DNA of 64,000 bases from Leptospiraceae bacterium. Lineage in GTDB: Bacteria; Spirochaetota; Leptospiria; Leptospirales; Leptonemataceae. A program made the position numbers and the translations under genes. The notes under the pieces are model-generated. The model searched no databases, was not told where the DNA came from, and saw only the letters and a program-made list of their open reading frames with translations. Shown here one piece after another: positions 36,797 to 46,174 of this stretch (position 1 is the first letter of the stretch; each line of letters starts with the position of its first letter). Where the stretch lies: positions 768,001 through 832,000 of the forward strand of contig JAVJNR010000004.1 of the NCBI GenBank assembly GCA_040217195.1. Direction: 5' to 3'.

Positions 36797-38698
36797 GTGG
36801 CTATAAAGATAAACGCTACTAACCTGGCGGAAATGTACAAGTGGGCAGCCGAGAACTACGGCGACAAACCCGCATTTGCGACCAGGAACAAAGACAAGGT
36901 TTTTGAAGCCGTTTCGTTCAAAGAACTGTACGAAATGGGGCTCAACCTGGCAACCGGGCTAATTGACCTGGGTGTTCAGGCGAGAGAACATGTGGGGCTG
37001 CTTGCCGACAACCGATTGGAATGGATCGTAACCGATTATGCCATTCTTATTGCGGGTGCGGCAGACGTACCCAGGGGGACGGACGTAACTGATGCGGACG
37101 TAACATACATTCTACCGCATTCGGATGCAAAAGTAGTCTTTGTTGAGAACAAAGCTGTTCTCGATAGAATTCAAAAGAACAAAGACAAACTACCAAACAT
37201 TCAGAACATCATTATGATGGATAAAGACACTCCGGTATCGGACGGTGTCCTGCGACTGTATGACCTCCTGGAGAAAGGAAAGCAACTCCGCTCTGGCGGG
37301 GATCGACGAGCTGAAGAGCGCATGGCGCAAATCAAGCCCGATGATCTTTTTACGATGATCTATACTTCCGGAACCACTGGAGCGCCCAAGGGCGTTATGC
37401 TTCGGCATTCCAGTATGGTATCCCAGGTAGAGAAAATCCCTATCGACATCACATCTTCGGACCGAATCCTTTCCATTCTACCCGTCTGGCACGTATTCGA
37501 ACGAGTATTTGAGATGATTGCAATTGGCGGAGGTTGCTGTACTTACTATACGAACGTACGTAACCTGCGCGAAGACATGGGAATAGTAAAACCCACCTTT
37601 ATGGCAAGTGCGCCTAGATTGTGGGAGAGTATCTATACCGGTATTCAGCAAAAAGTGGAAGGTGGACCTGGAGTGGCTCGTGGCCTCTTCAAGGCAGCTT
37701 ACTTCTGCTCGCGACAGATTAAGGGTGCGATTCGCTTCCTTACTTTCAAGCAGCTGGATACTACTGGAAGAAATCCAATTGTATCAATGTTTATTGGTCT
37801 ATGGAACATCTTCCGACTATTCCTTTTCTTGATCCCGAATTTCCTTCTGGATCTAGTTGTGCTGCGAAAGATTCGAGCAGCAACAGGCGGCAAGCTCCGT
37901 GGTTCTGTTTCCGGTGGTGGAGCTCTTCCCATTCATGTGGATGAGTTTTTCAATAACATCGGAATCCCTGTTCTGGAAGGTTACGGTATGACCGAAACCT
38001 GTCCTGTACTGGCAGTTCGAACCTGGGGTAAGCTGGTTATTGGCTCTGTTGGGCCCATCTATCCCGATACAGAACTTCGCATCGTCGATATTTCCAATGG
38101 TAATATCATCTACTCAACCGAGAGTGGCGGAGCGAACAAGAAAGGTATCAAAGGTGAAATCCACGCAAAAGGTCCGCAGGTTATGCGCGGCTATTATAAG
38201 AATCCAGAAGCAACTGACAAGGTGCTGAAGGATGGCTGGATGAATACCGGAGACCTGGGGATGATTACATTCAACGGCACCGTGAAAATCGTAGGTCGCT
38301 CAAAAGAGACCGTCGTTCTTCTGGGTGGCGAAAATGTGGAGCCGGTCCCAATAGAGAACAAACTTTCCGAATCTCCGCTAATCGATCAGGTAATGGTAGT
38401 GGGTCAGGACAAGAAGTACCTGGCAGCTCTGGTAGTTCCTTCTGTGGAACAATTCCAGGATTATGGCGCTACCCTGGAAGAGATTGCAAAGAACGAAGAA
38501 GTAGCCAAACTACTACGAAATGAAGTGAAGCGACTGGTTTCCAGCGAAGCCGGTTTTAAATCCTTTGAGAAAGTAGTGGATGTAAGACTTCTTCCGAAGG
38601 CATTCGAAGTGGGCGATGAATTGACCAACCTGTTCAAAATCAAGCGTCACGTTGTGACCGATAAGTATCAGGATATGATCAACACAATGTACGATTGA
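36797..38698 (+). CDS. Long-chain fatty acid-CoA ligase (AMP-dependent synthetase)
   Basis: IYTSGTTGAPKGVML, EGYGMTET, GW..TGDLG, GRSKE and GENVEP; SD GGAGG before GTG 36797. Confidence 0.93.
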   Translation: MAIKINATNLAEMYKWAAENYGDKPAFATRNKDKVFEAVSFKELYEMGLNLATGLIDLGVQAREHVGLLADNRLEWIVTDYAILIAGAADVPRGTDVTDADVTYILPHSDAKVVFVENKAVLDRIQKNKDKLPNIQNIIMMDKDTPVSDGVLRLYDLLEKGKQLRSGGDRRAEERMAQIKPDDLFTMIYTSGTTGAPKGVMLRHSSMVSQVEKIPIDITSSDRILSILPVWHVFERVFEMIAIGGGCCTYYTNVRNLREDMGIVKPTFMASAPRLWESIYTGIQQKVEGGPGVARGLFKAAYFCSRQIKGAIRFLTFKQLDTTGRNPIVSMFIGLWNIFRLFLFLIPNFLLDLVVLRKIRAATGGKLRGSVSGGGALPIHVDEFFNNIGIPVLEGYGMTETCPVLAVRTWGKLVIGSVGPIYPDTELRIVDISNGNIIYSTESGGANKKGIKGEIHAKGPQVMRGYYKNPEATDKVLKDGWMNTGDLGMITFNGTVKIVGRSKETVVLLGGENVEPVPIENKLSESPLIDQVMVVGQDKKYLAALVVPSVEQFQDYGATLEEIAKNEEVAKLLRNEVKRLVSSEAGFKSFEKVVDVRLLPKAFEVGDELTNLFKIKRHVVTDKYQDMINTMYD

Positions 38699-38727
38699 TT
38701 GTGAAGACTTCAGAAGCCTTACACTGG

Positions 38728-38758
38728 AAACCCGCCCTTATTAAGGGGCGGGTTTTTT
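38728..38758 (+). terminator. Rho-independent terminator
   Basis: AAACCCGCCC...GGGCGGGTTT stem ending in T6, 30 bp after the ligase stop. Confidence 0.9.
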
Positions 38759-38773
38759 GCCTGGAATAGAATC

Positions 38774-39505
38774 GTGCACGGTAACGAGTATCTGTGGGAG
38801 CTAATACTGACTGCCCATCCATTTCGATGGATTGTTGGTAAGAAAGTAGCCGCCGGTTCCACAGGTTGTATTATCCCTACAGGAAAGCGACTGATAGCAC
38901 TAACGGTGCAATATGGAAAACCACCAGGCGCCCCGGTAATCTATGGTTATCATCATTCCCTTCGAGGAAGCATAATCTATCCTCTTCTCGACCCCTTTTA
39001 TGTAGAGATCCCCGGTGTACTGGGACCTGATAGCAAGAAGATCTATCTGGTCTGTGGCGAAGTCATGAATCCTACACCGCCGGACCGGGCGGAATTTGAT
39101 CTGGATGCCAGGTATCAGGAAGTAGGACCGGATGGCGATATAATTGAAGAACGGATACGTAAATCAGGTGATTTACATCCAGGCAGAGTTCCCAACCTTT
39201 CTGACCGGTACGGATTCAGTTGTTTCCGGGATATTCTGGCCCGTCTCGAAGATTATGATCATATAACATTTGTAGAAAGGAACCTGGAATTCACTGGAAA
39301 GAGCCATGGTCTGTTTCGCTTCCGAGCGGCCCATAAGGATGAACCGTTCAATCTTCCTTCTGGCTGTCAGGGAGCACCTATACTCGATGAAGATGCAAAA
39401 GTAGTGTCTCTCATTACCGGAGGAGACTCCAGAAAGAGAACCTATTACGGCATCGATCTGTGGCGATTTTTGAGCGAATCGCATTTTGCCAGAGAGGGGA
39501 ATTGA
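38774..39505 (+). CDS. Hypothetical protein, trypsin-like fold, probably catalytically inactive
   Basis: C-terminal GCQGAPILDEDAKVVSLITGG resembles the GDSGxPxxxxxGxVVxxxxGG motif. Confidence 0.6.
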   Translation: MHGNEYLWELILTAHPFRWIVGKKVAAGSTGCIIPTGKRLIALTVQYGKPPGAPVIYGYHHSLRGSIIYPLLDPFYVEIPGVLGPDSKKIYLVCGEVMNPTPPDRAEFDLDARYQEVGPDGDIIEERIRKSGDLHPGRVPNLSDRYGFSCFRDILARLEDYDHITFVERNLEFTGKSHGLFRFRAAHKDEPFNLPSGCQGAPILDEDAKVVSLITGGDSRKRTYYGIDLWRFLSESHFAREGN

Positions 39506-40572
39506 ATGTCGACCAGTATTCCCAGATGATCTGAACCAGGGATTACAACGCTTTTCATCGCTGAAACCTGCACCGAGTCTGAAATCCAGATTCCATCAAT
39601 GGGTAATCTGAAAACTGCCGGCCAATGCGCCGAGTAAGTGCCACGAAATAGCCAGTTTTCGTTAAATACCTGCCTCAATCCTGTTGCTTTCTGCAACGCC
39701 TGCACATCGCCAGACCAGTCCACGGAGTTAAAATCACCTGTAACAAGGATCCGGTTTCCGCTCATGGACTCAATTGTATTGCGCAGGTTTTCCAGTGCAC
39801 GCCGATGAACCTTTAGAATCCGGGGATTGAAGGGAGCTACCGGATGAACTGTAACTAAAGAAAACAACTCTGAATCCTGGCAATCTGCGAATGGATCCGG
39901 ATGCGATAACGAAACAGTAGCCAGAGTCTCTATTCGAGTGGAAATCTCCGATACTTCACCCAGGGGCAATCTGGAATAGATTCCATAACCAAAAAAAGGA
40001 TGGTTCGTGTTTATGCGATGTGTGTAGCCAATAAGCTGCGAACGAAAGTATTCATGGTGATGCGAATCCAGTTCATGAAAAATGATAACATCCGGCTCAT
40101 ATTTCTGGATCAAGCCCAGCACTTCCCTTAAATGCTTGCGAGAATTGTATAGATACAGATTGGCATGAAGTATGCGAATAATGCCCGATTCGCTGCTTTT
40201 CAACCTTGCATCTAAAATCTCAGATCTTACGGAAATGCCTGCCAGGGGAGGTCCAATGAGAGAAACCAGTGAATGCGATATCAATACAAGAGGCAGTAGT
40301 AGCCAGGTTTTTGAAATAAGGCCCGACCGAGGGTAAACAGAGAAAGAGAACAGAACCAAAAAGCAAAGCAGGGAAAGAAGCAGCAAAGGCCAACCTGCAA
40401 AGGAATTTGCTATTGTGATGGCCCAATCCAGGGTAGAACCCATGAAGTCTGCGCTGGCCATCCCTGGAATGCGAAGGGCAGCAAGCAATAAAAGAGCCAG
40501 TATGATGGCCAGGACCGATCCTTGAAATGAACCTTTCCTGGTTTGCCCCGATCTTTTTTTGAACCCTGTCAT
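39445..40572 (-). CDS. Membrane-anchored endonuclease/exonuclease/phosphatase (EEP) family protein
   Basis: N-terminal TMs, HAN, PDVIIFHE, SRLP, GDFN, PID.I and GSDH. Confidence 0.88.
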   Translation of the reverse strand: MTGFKKRSGQTRKGSFQGSVLAIILALLLLAALRIPGMASADFMGSTLDWAITIANSFAGWPLLLLSLLCFLVLFSFSVYPRSGLISKTWLLLPLVLISHSLVSLIGPPLAGISVRSEILDARLKSSESGIIRILHANLYLYNSRKHLREVLGLIQKYEPDVIIFHELDSHHHEYFRSQLIGYTHRINTNHPFFGYGIYSRLPLGEVSEISTRIETLATVSLSHPDPFADCQDSELFSLVTVHPVAPFNPRILKVHRRALENLRNTIESMSGNRILVTGDFNSVDWSGDVQALQKATGLRQVFNENWLFRGTYSAHWPAVFRLPIDGIWISDSVQVSAMKSVVIPGSDHLGILVDIQFPSLAKCDSLKNRHRSMP

Positions 40573-40594
40573 GGGTGCAATAAATGGCGAATAA

Positions 40595-43030
40595 TCAGTA
40601 TCGAATTATTATTCGATCTGCTTCTGGTTTGAGCTGTAACCCGTAGCCCTTCACGGATAGTCTGGCACCTTCGGATTTGAATTTCAGGCCCTGCAGATCC
40701 AGAAACCCGAGATTCAAATGTATTTGTTTCAGCCTGGACTGAGAAAGCCCCGGAAACTCGATCAGCAACTCTCCTTCATTCTTTTCTAGCTGGCCGCTAA
40801 TGGTCAATTGACCGCCATGAAGAGGGAATGGTCCGAATCTCAGAGGGGCGCCTTGCAGTTCCTTTCGCTTCAATCCAGAGAAGATTCGTAAATGGTCCCC
40901 TCTATCAGAAACAACAAACTCCTTTAGAAGGATAAGCAATTCAGCAGCAGCCCAGCCATGAAATCCATCGCCCATGACCCCGCCTCCAGTATTTGGATGG
41001 ATGGCCTCCGGATAGGTCCAGAGCTGGGTTCTACTTTGCAGCACACGCTTCAAGACTCTGCGAGCTTCCTTAACTTCGTCCAGGCGAAGTAGACACTGAG
41101 CCATCTGAAGACTGAGATAAATATTAAAACCTGAGTGGATAATGGGATGGAAAAAGAGGCCCCGCAGAAAGAACTCTTTGTAGATTTTCATTACAGTGTT
41201 CTTTTCTTCCGCCTCCGGAAGTATCTGAAGATCCAGCGGGTACAACATACAGATACTTCCAATCATACCTGAGTCCACCGGCCGGGAAGGAGCAGCTGTA
41301 AGCACTCCATATTTTTGACGATCCTCCAGTGAAAGGGTAAGAAAATCAGATCTGTAGGAGGCCTCCTCTTTTTCGAATAATTTCTGATCAGCGGTATTGC
41401 CCAGTAGACCTGCTACATAGGAAGCTTCTCGAACCCCACCGATGCTCCAGAGATTATCCCAGTAATAATGATCGGCGGGACCAAGATGCTCTGCACTGAA
41501 GCCGGCAGGCATTAATCTTTTTTCATAGCCTCGCTTTCTCTTTTTGCGAATCCATTCCACCCCTTTACGAATTGAATCATAGCTGGATTTCAGAAGCTCA
41601 ACATCGCCTGTCATTCGAGCAAAATGAGTTAATGTCCAGATAGCCTGACCATTGGAGTCCCATTCCCCTTCATGAGAGCGGAAGAAACCGTCTTTTTCCT
41701 GACGATCCGGATAGGTTTCCAGAACAGTTCTGGCCTGTTTCAGATAATTCCAGCCGGAAAGGGCGCTAAGCATGTAGGCAGCATCCCTGAACCAGAATTG
41801 ACGATAGGTAAAGACTCCCGGGGTGATTTTCTTACCTGTTTGCAGAGAGAGCACAAAACCTTTGTTGATTCTCGCAGCCTGATTCCAGAGCTCTCTGGCG
41901 CATTGAAATACAGATCCCGGCTGGGTGTAGCGAGTCCATTGCTCCCCGCTTTCCTTCATCTCCGCTTCCAGAAGCTCCTCGCTTCTAAAACGACTGGTGA
42001 GAGGAAAATCATCCTGCACAATTAGCTTTTCGCGCATCTTTTCGCCTTCTCGGCGAATGTCATCTAGCTGCGGTGCTTCGCTCTGCTGTCTCAGCGCAGC
42101 CCGGTTCTCGAATTCCAGTTCTGGAGGCAGAACCTGTTCATAGGTCCGAGCATGAAAACGAATCCTTCCTTTCCCTTTCAGCCTGTAATGAAACGCACCT
42201 GTGGCAATTCCATAGGCACAATTGATTTCGCCCACCATGGTTCGGTTGAAATAGGCATCCCCTCGTTCCAGAGAAGAACATACAACCAGGTCCGGAGTAT
42301 CCAGAAGTCCAATTTCTTCCTTACCGTTTACATAGACCGTGCCACCAATTCGATCCGGACTGAACTTTAGATCATTTATCAATGCCGCCCCTTCTGGATT
42401 AAATGGGCGAACTCCTACGATGATCTCCCATCCAGGAGAACCTGATTCCCATTCCACCAGATTCAGTATGGCGCCGTCCTCGCGAGGAGATCCACAGACC
42501 TTCCATGTAACGCGAATGTCATCTCGGCTGTAGGTAGTAATCGGAAGAGGCAAATCCTTTTGCAGAGTTTGTTCAACTTTGACCTGCCCCCTGGCCGGTA
42601 GATAGATGCGACCGTTCTTCCAGAGTGCGATTTCAATACTATAATAGCCAATAACCGGGCTCAGCCCACCAGCCGGGTCTATCAAAGCGAAGGATGGAGT
42701 ATTGGGACCCCGGACACCAAGCCAGTTGCGATGGGTAAGATTCAGGCTCAGCATGGAACCTGCTCTGGGAATAAACGATGGATCCTCTGGATTGTACTGT
42801 CGCTCAACCCAGTAGGGTCCGGCAAAATTGCGGTAGAACTGAAAAAAGCAATAGTTCCACATTCCGCTGGCAATCACTCTGGACGCCAGGGGCAGGTTTT
42901 CCGCCGGGAATAAAGCGCTACTGGGGTTGGTTAGACGAAATCCGCCTGAAATGAGGCGACTAACATCCGGATGAAGCCCCATGAAGCGCGCGAGGCTTGT
43001 AAGCCCCCGTCGCACCAGGGTGCTCTTCAT
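40595..43030 (-). CDS. Six-hairpin (alpha/alpha)6 glycosidase-like protein
   Basis: YRQFWFRDAAY, GEWDSNGQ, GFSAEHLGP, YYWDNLW and YPEAIHP..GGGVMGDG.HGW. Confidence 0.72.
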   Translation of the reverse strand: MKSTLVRRGLTSLARFMGLHPDVSRLISGGFRLTNPSSALFPAENLPLASRVIASGMWNYCFFQFYRNFAGPYWVERQYNPEDPSFIPRAGSMLSLNLTHRNWLGVRGPNTPSFALIDPAGGLSPVIGYYSIEIALWKNGRIYLPARGQVKVEQTLQKDLPLPITTYSRDDIRVTWKVCGSPREDGAILNLVEWESGSPGWEIIVGVRPFNPEGAALINDLKFSPDRIGGTVYVNGKEEIGLLDTPDLVVCSSLERGDAYFNRTMVGEINCAYGIATGAFHYRLKGKGRIRFHARTYEQVLPPELEFENRAALRQQSEAPQLDDIRREGEKMREKLIVQDDFPLTSRFRSEELLEAEMKESGEQWTRYTQPGSVFQCARELWNQAARINKGFVLSLQTGKKITPGVFTYRQFWFRDAAYMLSALSGWNYLKQARTVLETYPDRQEKDGFFRSHEGEWDSNGQAIWTLTHFARMTGDVELLKSSYDSIRKGVEWIRKKRKRGYEKRLMPAGFSAEHLGPADHYYWDNLWSIGGVREASYVAGLLGNTADQKLFEKEEASYRSDFLTLSLEDRQKYGVLTAAPSRPVDSGMIGSICMLYPLDLQILPEAEEKNTVMKIYKEFFLRGLFFHPIIHSGFNIYLSLQMAQCLLRLDEVKEARRVLKRVLQSRTQLWTYPEAIHPNTGGGVMGDGFHGWAAAELLILLKEFVVSDRGDHLRIFSGLKRKELQGAPLRFGPFPLHGGQLTISGQLEKNEGELLIEFPGLSQSRLKQIHLNLGFLDLQGLKFKSEGARLSVKGYGLQLKPEADRIIIRY

Positions 43031-43033
43031 GAA

Positions 43034-43369
43034 TTATTCTCCGGCCAGTGCTTCCTCTTCGGACTCATAGATGTCGAACATGTCCATGAGCTCCACCACC
43101 TCAAACACTTTCCGAACTGCCAGTGACAAATTGCAAAGCTTGAGATTACGTCCCGACTCTTTCAATGTTCTCATCAGGGATACAAATACCCTTAGACCGG
43201 AAGAGGACATATATTCCACATCGTCCAGGTTCAGCACGATACTCTTCTGGTCATTCTTCTGGATGATATCATTCAGCTCATTTTCAATTTCAGATGCCAG
43301 ATGTACATCCATGCGACCATGGAGATAAACCACCATGTTAGAACCGCTTTCTTTTACTTTCAGACTCAT
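43034..43369 (-). CDS. STAS-domain anti-sigma factor antagonist
   Basis: LHGRMDV, LNLDDVEYMSSSGLRVF and VRKVFEVVEL..MF.IYESEEEAL. Confidence 0.93.
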   Translation of the reverse strand: MSLKVKESGSNMVVYLHGRMDVHLASEIENELNDIIQKNDQKSIVLNLDDVEYMSSSGLRVFVSLMRTLKESGRNLKLCNLSLAVRKVFEVVELMDMFDIYESEEEALAGE

Positions 43370-43435
43370 ACGCCCTCTATCTCGGATTTCTATTGTAATG
43401 GACTATCCATATACGCAAGAATAAGACGAAAAAAA

Positions 43436-46174
43436 TCACACTTTTTTTTCCATCCGAAGGTAGTTCACTCCACCTTCCCTGCGATACTGAACTTTATCCA
43501 TCAATGATCGAATTAAGAATACTCCAAAGCCGCCCTTTCGGCGACCTGCCAGGTTTTCATTTACATCTGGCTGGGCCACCTCATCTATATCGAACGGTCT
43601 ACCCCTGTCCTCGAATTCCATACGCAGCAATCTTCCCTGGCCAATTTGAACCTTGCATAGAAAATCGGGCTCAAGAATCTTACTTTCTTCAAATGCATGA
43701 AGAATGATATTGGTGGCAGCTTCATCGGAAACCAGCAAAATATCTTCCTGGTCCTGACCAGTCACATTATTTGCTTCCAGAATCCGAGTTATCTCATCCC
43801 TCAGCAAGGGAACACTGGAGGCGCGGGCCGGAAAGCGGAATTCGAAGTTTTGCCCTTTTAAATCCCTGTACAATCTAGTGACCAGCATGGTGAAATCATC
43901 ATACTGCAAATCCGATTCTGCAAAACTTGTTACATTTTTGTAGACCAGATCAATTAGTTGTGTTGCAGGCAGACTTCTATTCTGCTCCAGAAGTCCGCGA
44001 AAATTGTCCAGGTCGTATTCTTCATTTTGCAGATTGATTGCCTCTACCACGCCATCCGTATAAAGGATCAAAAGGTCGCCATTGTTCACCTGGGTTTCCC
44101 GACTTTCAAACTTTCCAGTGCCTGAAGGAATGACACCCAGAGGGGCTCCCCGAGAGTTGAGCACTTCCGTATCGCCATCTTTTCTTACCAGAAGCATTTC
44201 ATTATGACCGGCTGAAGCGTACCGCAGAGTACCATTGGCAGGATTATACCTGGCCAGAAAGACGGTGACGAACATTCCGGATTCGCTCTCTTCATACAAT
44301 AGATCATTTGCCTGTCGGAGTATTTCGGCAGGGTTTCGTTCAGTTCGAATGATAGTACGCAGAATGGAACTGGACACCGCCATAAAAAGCGCTGCAGGTA
44401 ACGATTTTCCGGACACATCGGCCACAAGCATCGTAACTTCACCATCATCGCTGTGCACATGATAATCATAGAAGTCCCCGCCGGTGGTGCGAGCCATAAT
44501 GGAACGGGCCCCCAGCTCCATATATTGATGAAAGGGGATTCTGGAAGGCAGAATGTTCTTTTGGATTTTGGAGGTAATCTCCACTTCCTTTTCAATGGCA
44601 CGCTTGGCCAGAAGCTCTTCGTTCAGTTTGAAGTTTTCATACCCCCGCATGGTTTGAGAAACTATAGTGGAAAGCAACAGAAAGTCTTCCCTGGTGAAGC
44701 TGCCTGTTTCCGGATCGGCCACGCACAGCAATCCAAAAGGCTCTTCGCTGCTGGATGCTTTCATGGGAATGATAATACAGGACCTGGAGTCATACAGATC
44801 CGGTTTTTCTATCTGAGCCAGACTGGGATCATCTCCAAAATCTTCGACGAACAGTGGGTTGCCCTGCTCCATTACTCGAGCGGAGAGCTCAAAAGTATAG
44901 AGAGAAACGTCTTCAGAGTATTCTCCCTGTTTGGCCACAACTTCCAGCTCTCCATGAGAGTTCTTTAGTAAGAAGCTGGCCCGACCTGCTTTCATATCTT
45001 CGCAGATTACATGCAAGACGTTGGCAAACAACTCTTCGATTGAATGAGCATCTACCAGGATTCGCGCAACCGAATGTAAACTTGTAACTTCCCTTAGCTT
45101 CTTCTCCAGCTGTTCATTGGTGCTCTGCAAATCGTCCAGAAGCATTCTTCGCTGCAGAGCAATGGCAACAGAATCGCTAAAGCTTTCAAAAATCTCCAGA
45201 TCCTGCTGAGTGAAATCAGCTCGATCGATTGTGTTTAAGACTTCGATAACTCCAATCACCCGGTCACTCACAACCAGGGGACAGGCCATCAGGTTTCGAG
45301 TAACATTCTGTGCTACTTCATCTACTTTTTTGAATAGCCTGGGATCGTTCTGTGCATCATTTACGATAATAGACCGTTTTTCCCGAGCACATATCCCAAC
45401 AATTCCCTGACCCTGAGGAATGCGCATACCACGCAATTGAGTCTGCTCTCCGGAAATTACATCGAATACCATTTCCCCGGTAGATTCATCGTTTAGAAAT
45501 ACGCTGGCACTTTCAGCGTGAATGACTCGTCGAGCACTAAGAAGCACAACCTGAATCATCTCATTCAATTCGCGCGATGAGTTAATTACATTCGATACTT
45601 CCAGAACCGTTTTTAGCTGGTAACCGGATTCTTTTACCTTCTGGTTTAAATGCGCATTCTCCAGAAGCAAAAGCAGACTACTTTTAAAATTAAGCCGCAG
45701 GTTCGGAGTATCAACGTAGCTACTCTTTAAGAGGATTGCGAAGGTTGCTGCGAAATTACGAACCAGATTCAGGTCATTCTCATAGAACTTCTCAAAATAC
45801 AGCGGCTTTCGCAGGACGATGGCACCGATTTCTCCATCCTGGGAGGAAAGTACGATGGCCAGAGAAGCCTTCTGCCCTGCCTCTTCGCCTTCCTTTAACT
45901 GCTCTTCCGGTCCGATAGCACTCTCAGGTATAATGTTCTTACTGGATCGAGTTTTTAGACTTTCCAGGGCCAGCGCCTCTGCCTCGGATGAATGGAGATC
46001 CTCCCGGAATGCAAAGAGCTTTCCTTCTTCCGTGTACAGAAATAGATTGCCTTCGCCTGCGCGCACCATCCGGCAGGCTTCATCCAGAGCAAGCTCCAGA
46101 ATGTAATCTACCTCGGCATTCCGGCTGATGGTCACATAACCTTTGCCGGTCTTATTAAGCAGTGGTAGACTCAA
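43436..46174 (-). CDS. GAF-domain SpoIIE/RsbU PP2C phosphatase fused to a C-terminal RsbW-like HATPase kinase
   Basis: Two to three GAF domains; PP2C motifs GGDFYD, VADVSGK, GMFVT, LYTDGV.EA and DDFT; kinase motifs EAATNII.HA, D.GRPFD and GGFGVFLIRSLMD. Confidence 0.92.
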   Translation of the reverse strand: MSLPLLNKTGKGYVTISRNAEVDYILELALDEACRMVRAGEGNLFLYTEEGKLFAFREDLHSSEAEALALESLKTRSSKNIIPESAIGPEEQLKEGEEAGQKASLAIVLSSQDGEIGAIVLRKPLYFEKFYENDLNLVRNFAATFAILLKSSYVDTPNLRLNFKSSLLLLLENAHLNQKVKESGYQLKTVLEVSNVINSSRELNEMIQVVLLSARRVIHAESASVFLNDESTGEMVFDVISGEQTQLRGMRIPQGQGIVGICAREKRSIIVNDAQNDPRLFKKVDEVAQNVTRNLMACPLVVSDRVIGVIEVLNTIDRADFTQQDLEIFESFSDSVAIALQRRMLLDDLQSTNEQLEKKLREVTSLHSVARILVDAHSIEELFANVLHVICEDMKAGRASFLLKNSHGELEVVAKQGEYSEDVSLYTFELSARVMEQGNPLFVEDFGDDPSLAQIEKPDLYDSRSCIIIPMKASSSEEPFGLLCVADPETGSFTREDFLLLSTIVSQTMRGYENFKLNEELLAKRAIEKEVEITSKIQKNILPSRIPFHQYMELGARSIMARTTGGDFYDYHVHSDDGEVTMLVADVSGKSLPAALFMAVSSSILRTIIRTERNPAEILRQANDLLYEESESGMFVTVFLARYNPANGTLRYASAGHNEMLLVRKDGDTEVLNSRGAPLGVIPSGTGKFESRETQVNNGDLLILYTDGVVEAINLQNEEYDLDNFRGLLEQNRSLPATQLIDLVYKNVTSFAESDLQYDDFTMLVTRLYRDLKGQNFEFRFPARASSVPLLRDEITRILEANNVTGQDQEDILLVSDEAATNIILHAFEESKILEPDFLCKVQIGQGRLLRMEFEDRGRPFDIDEVAQPDVNENLAGRRKGGFGVFLIRSLMDKVQYRREGGVNYLRMEKKV

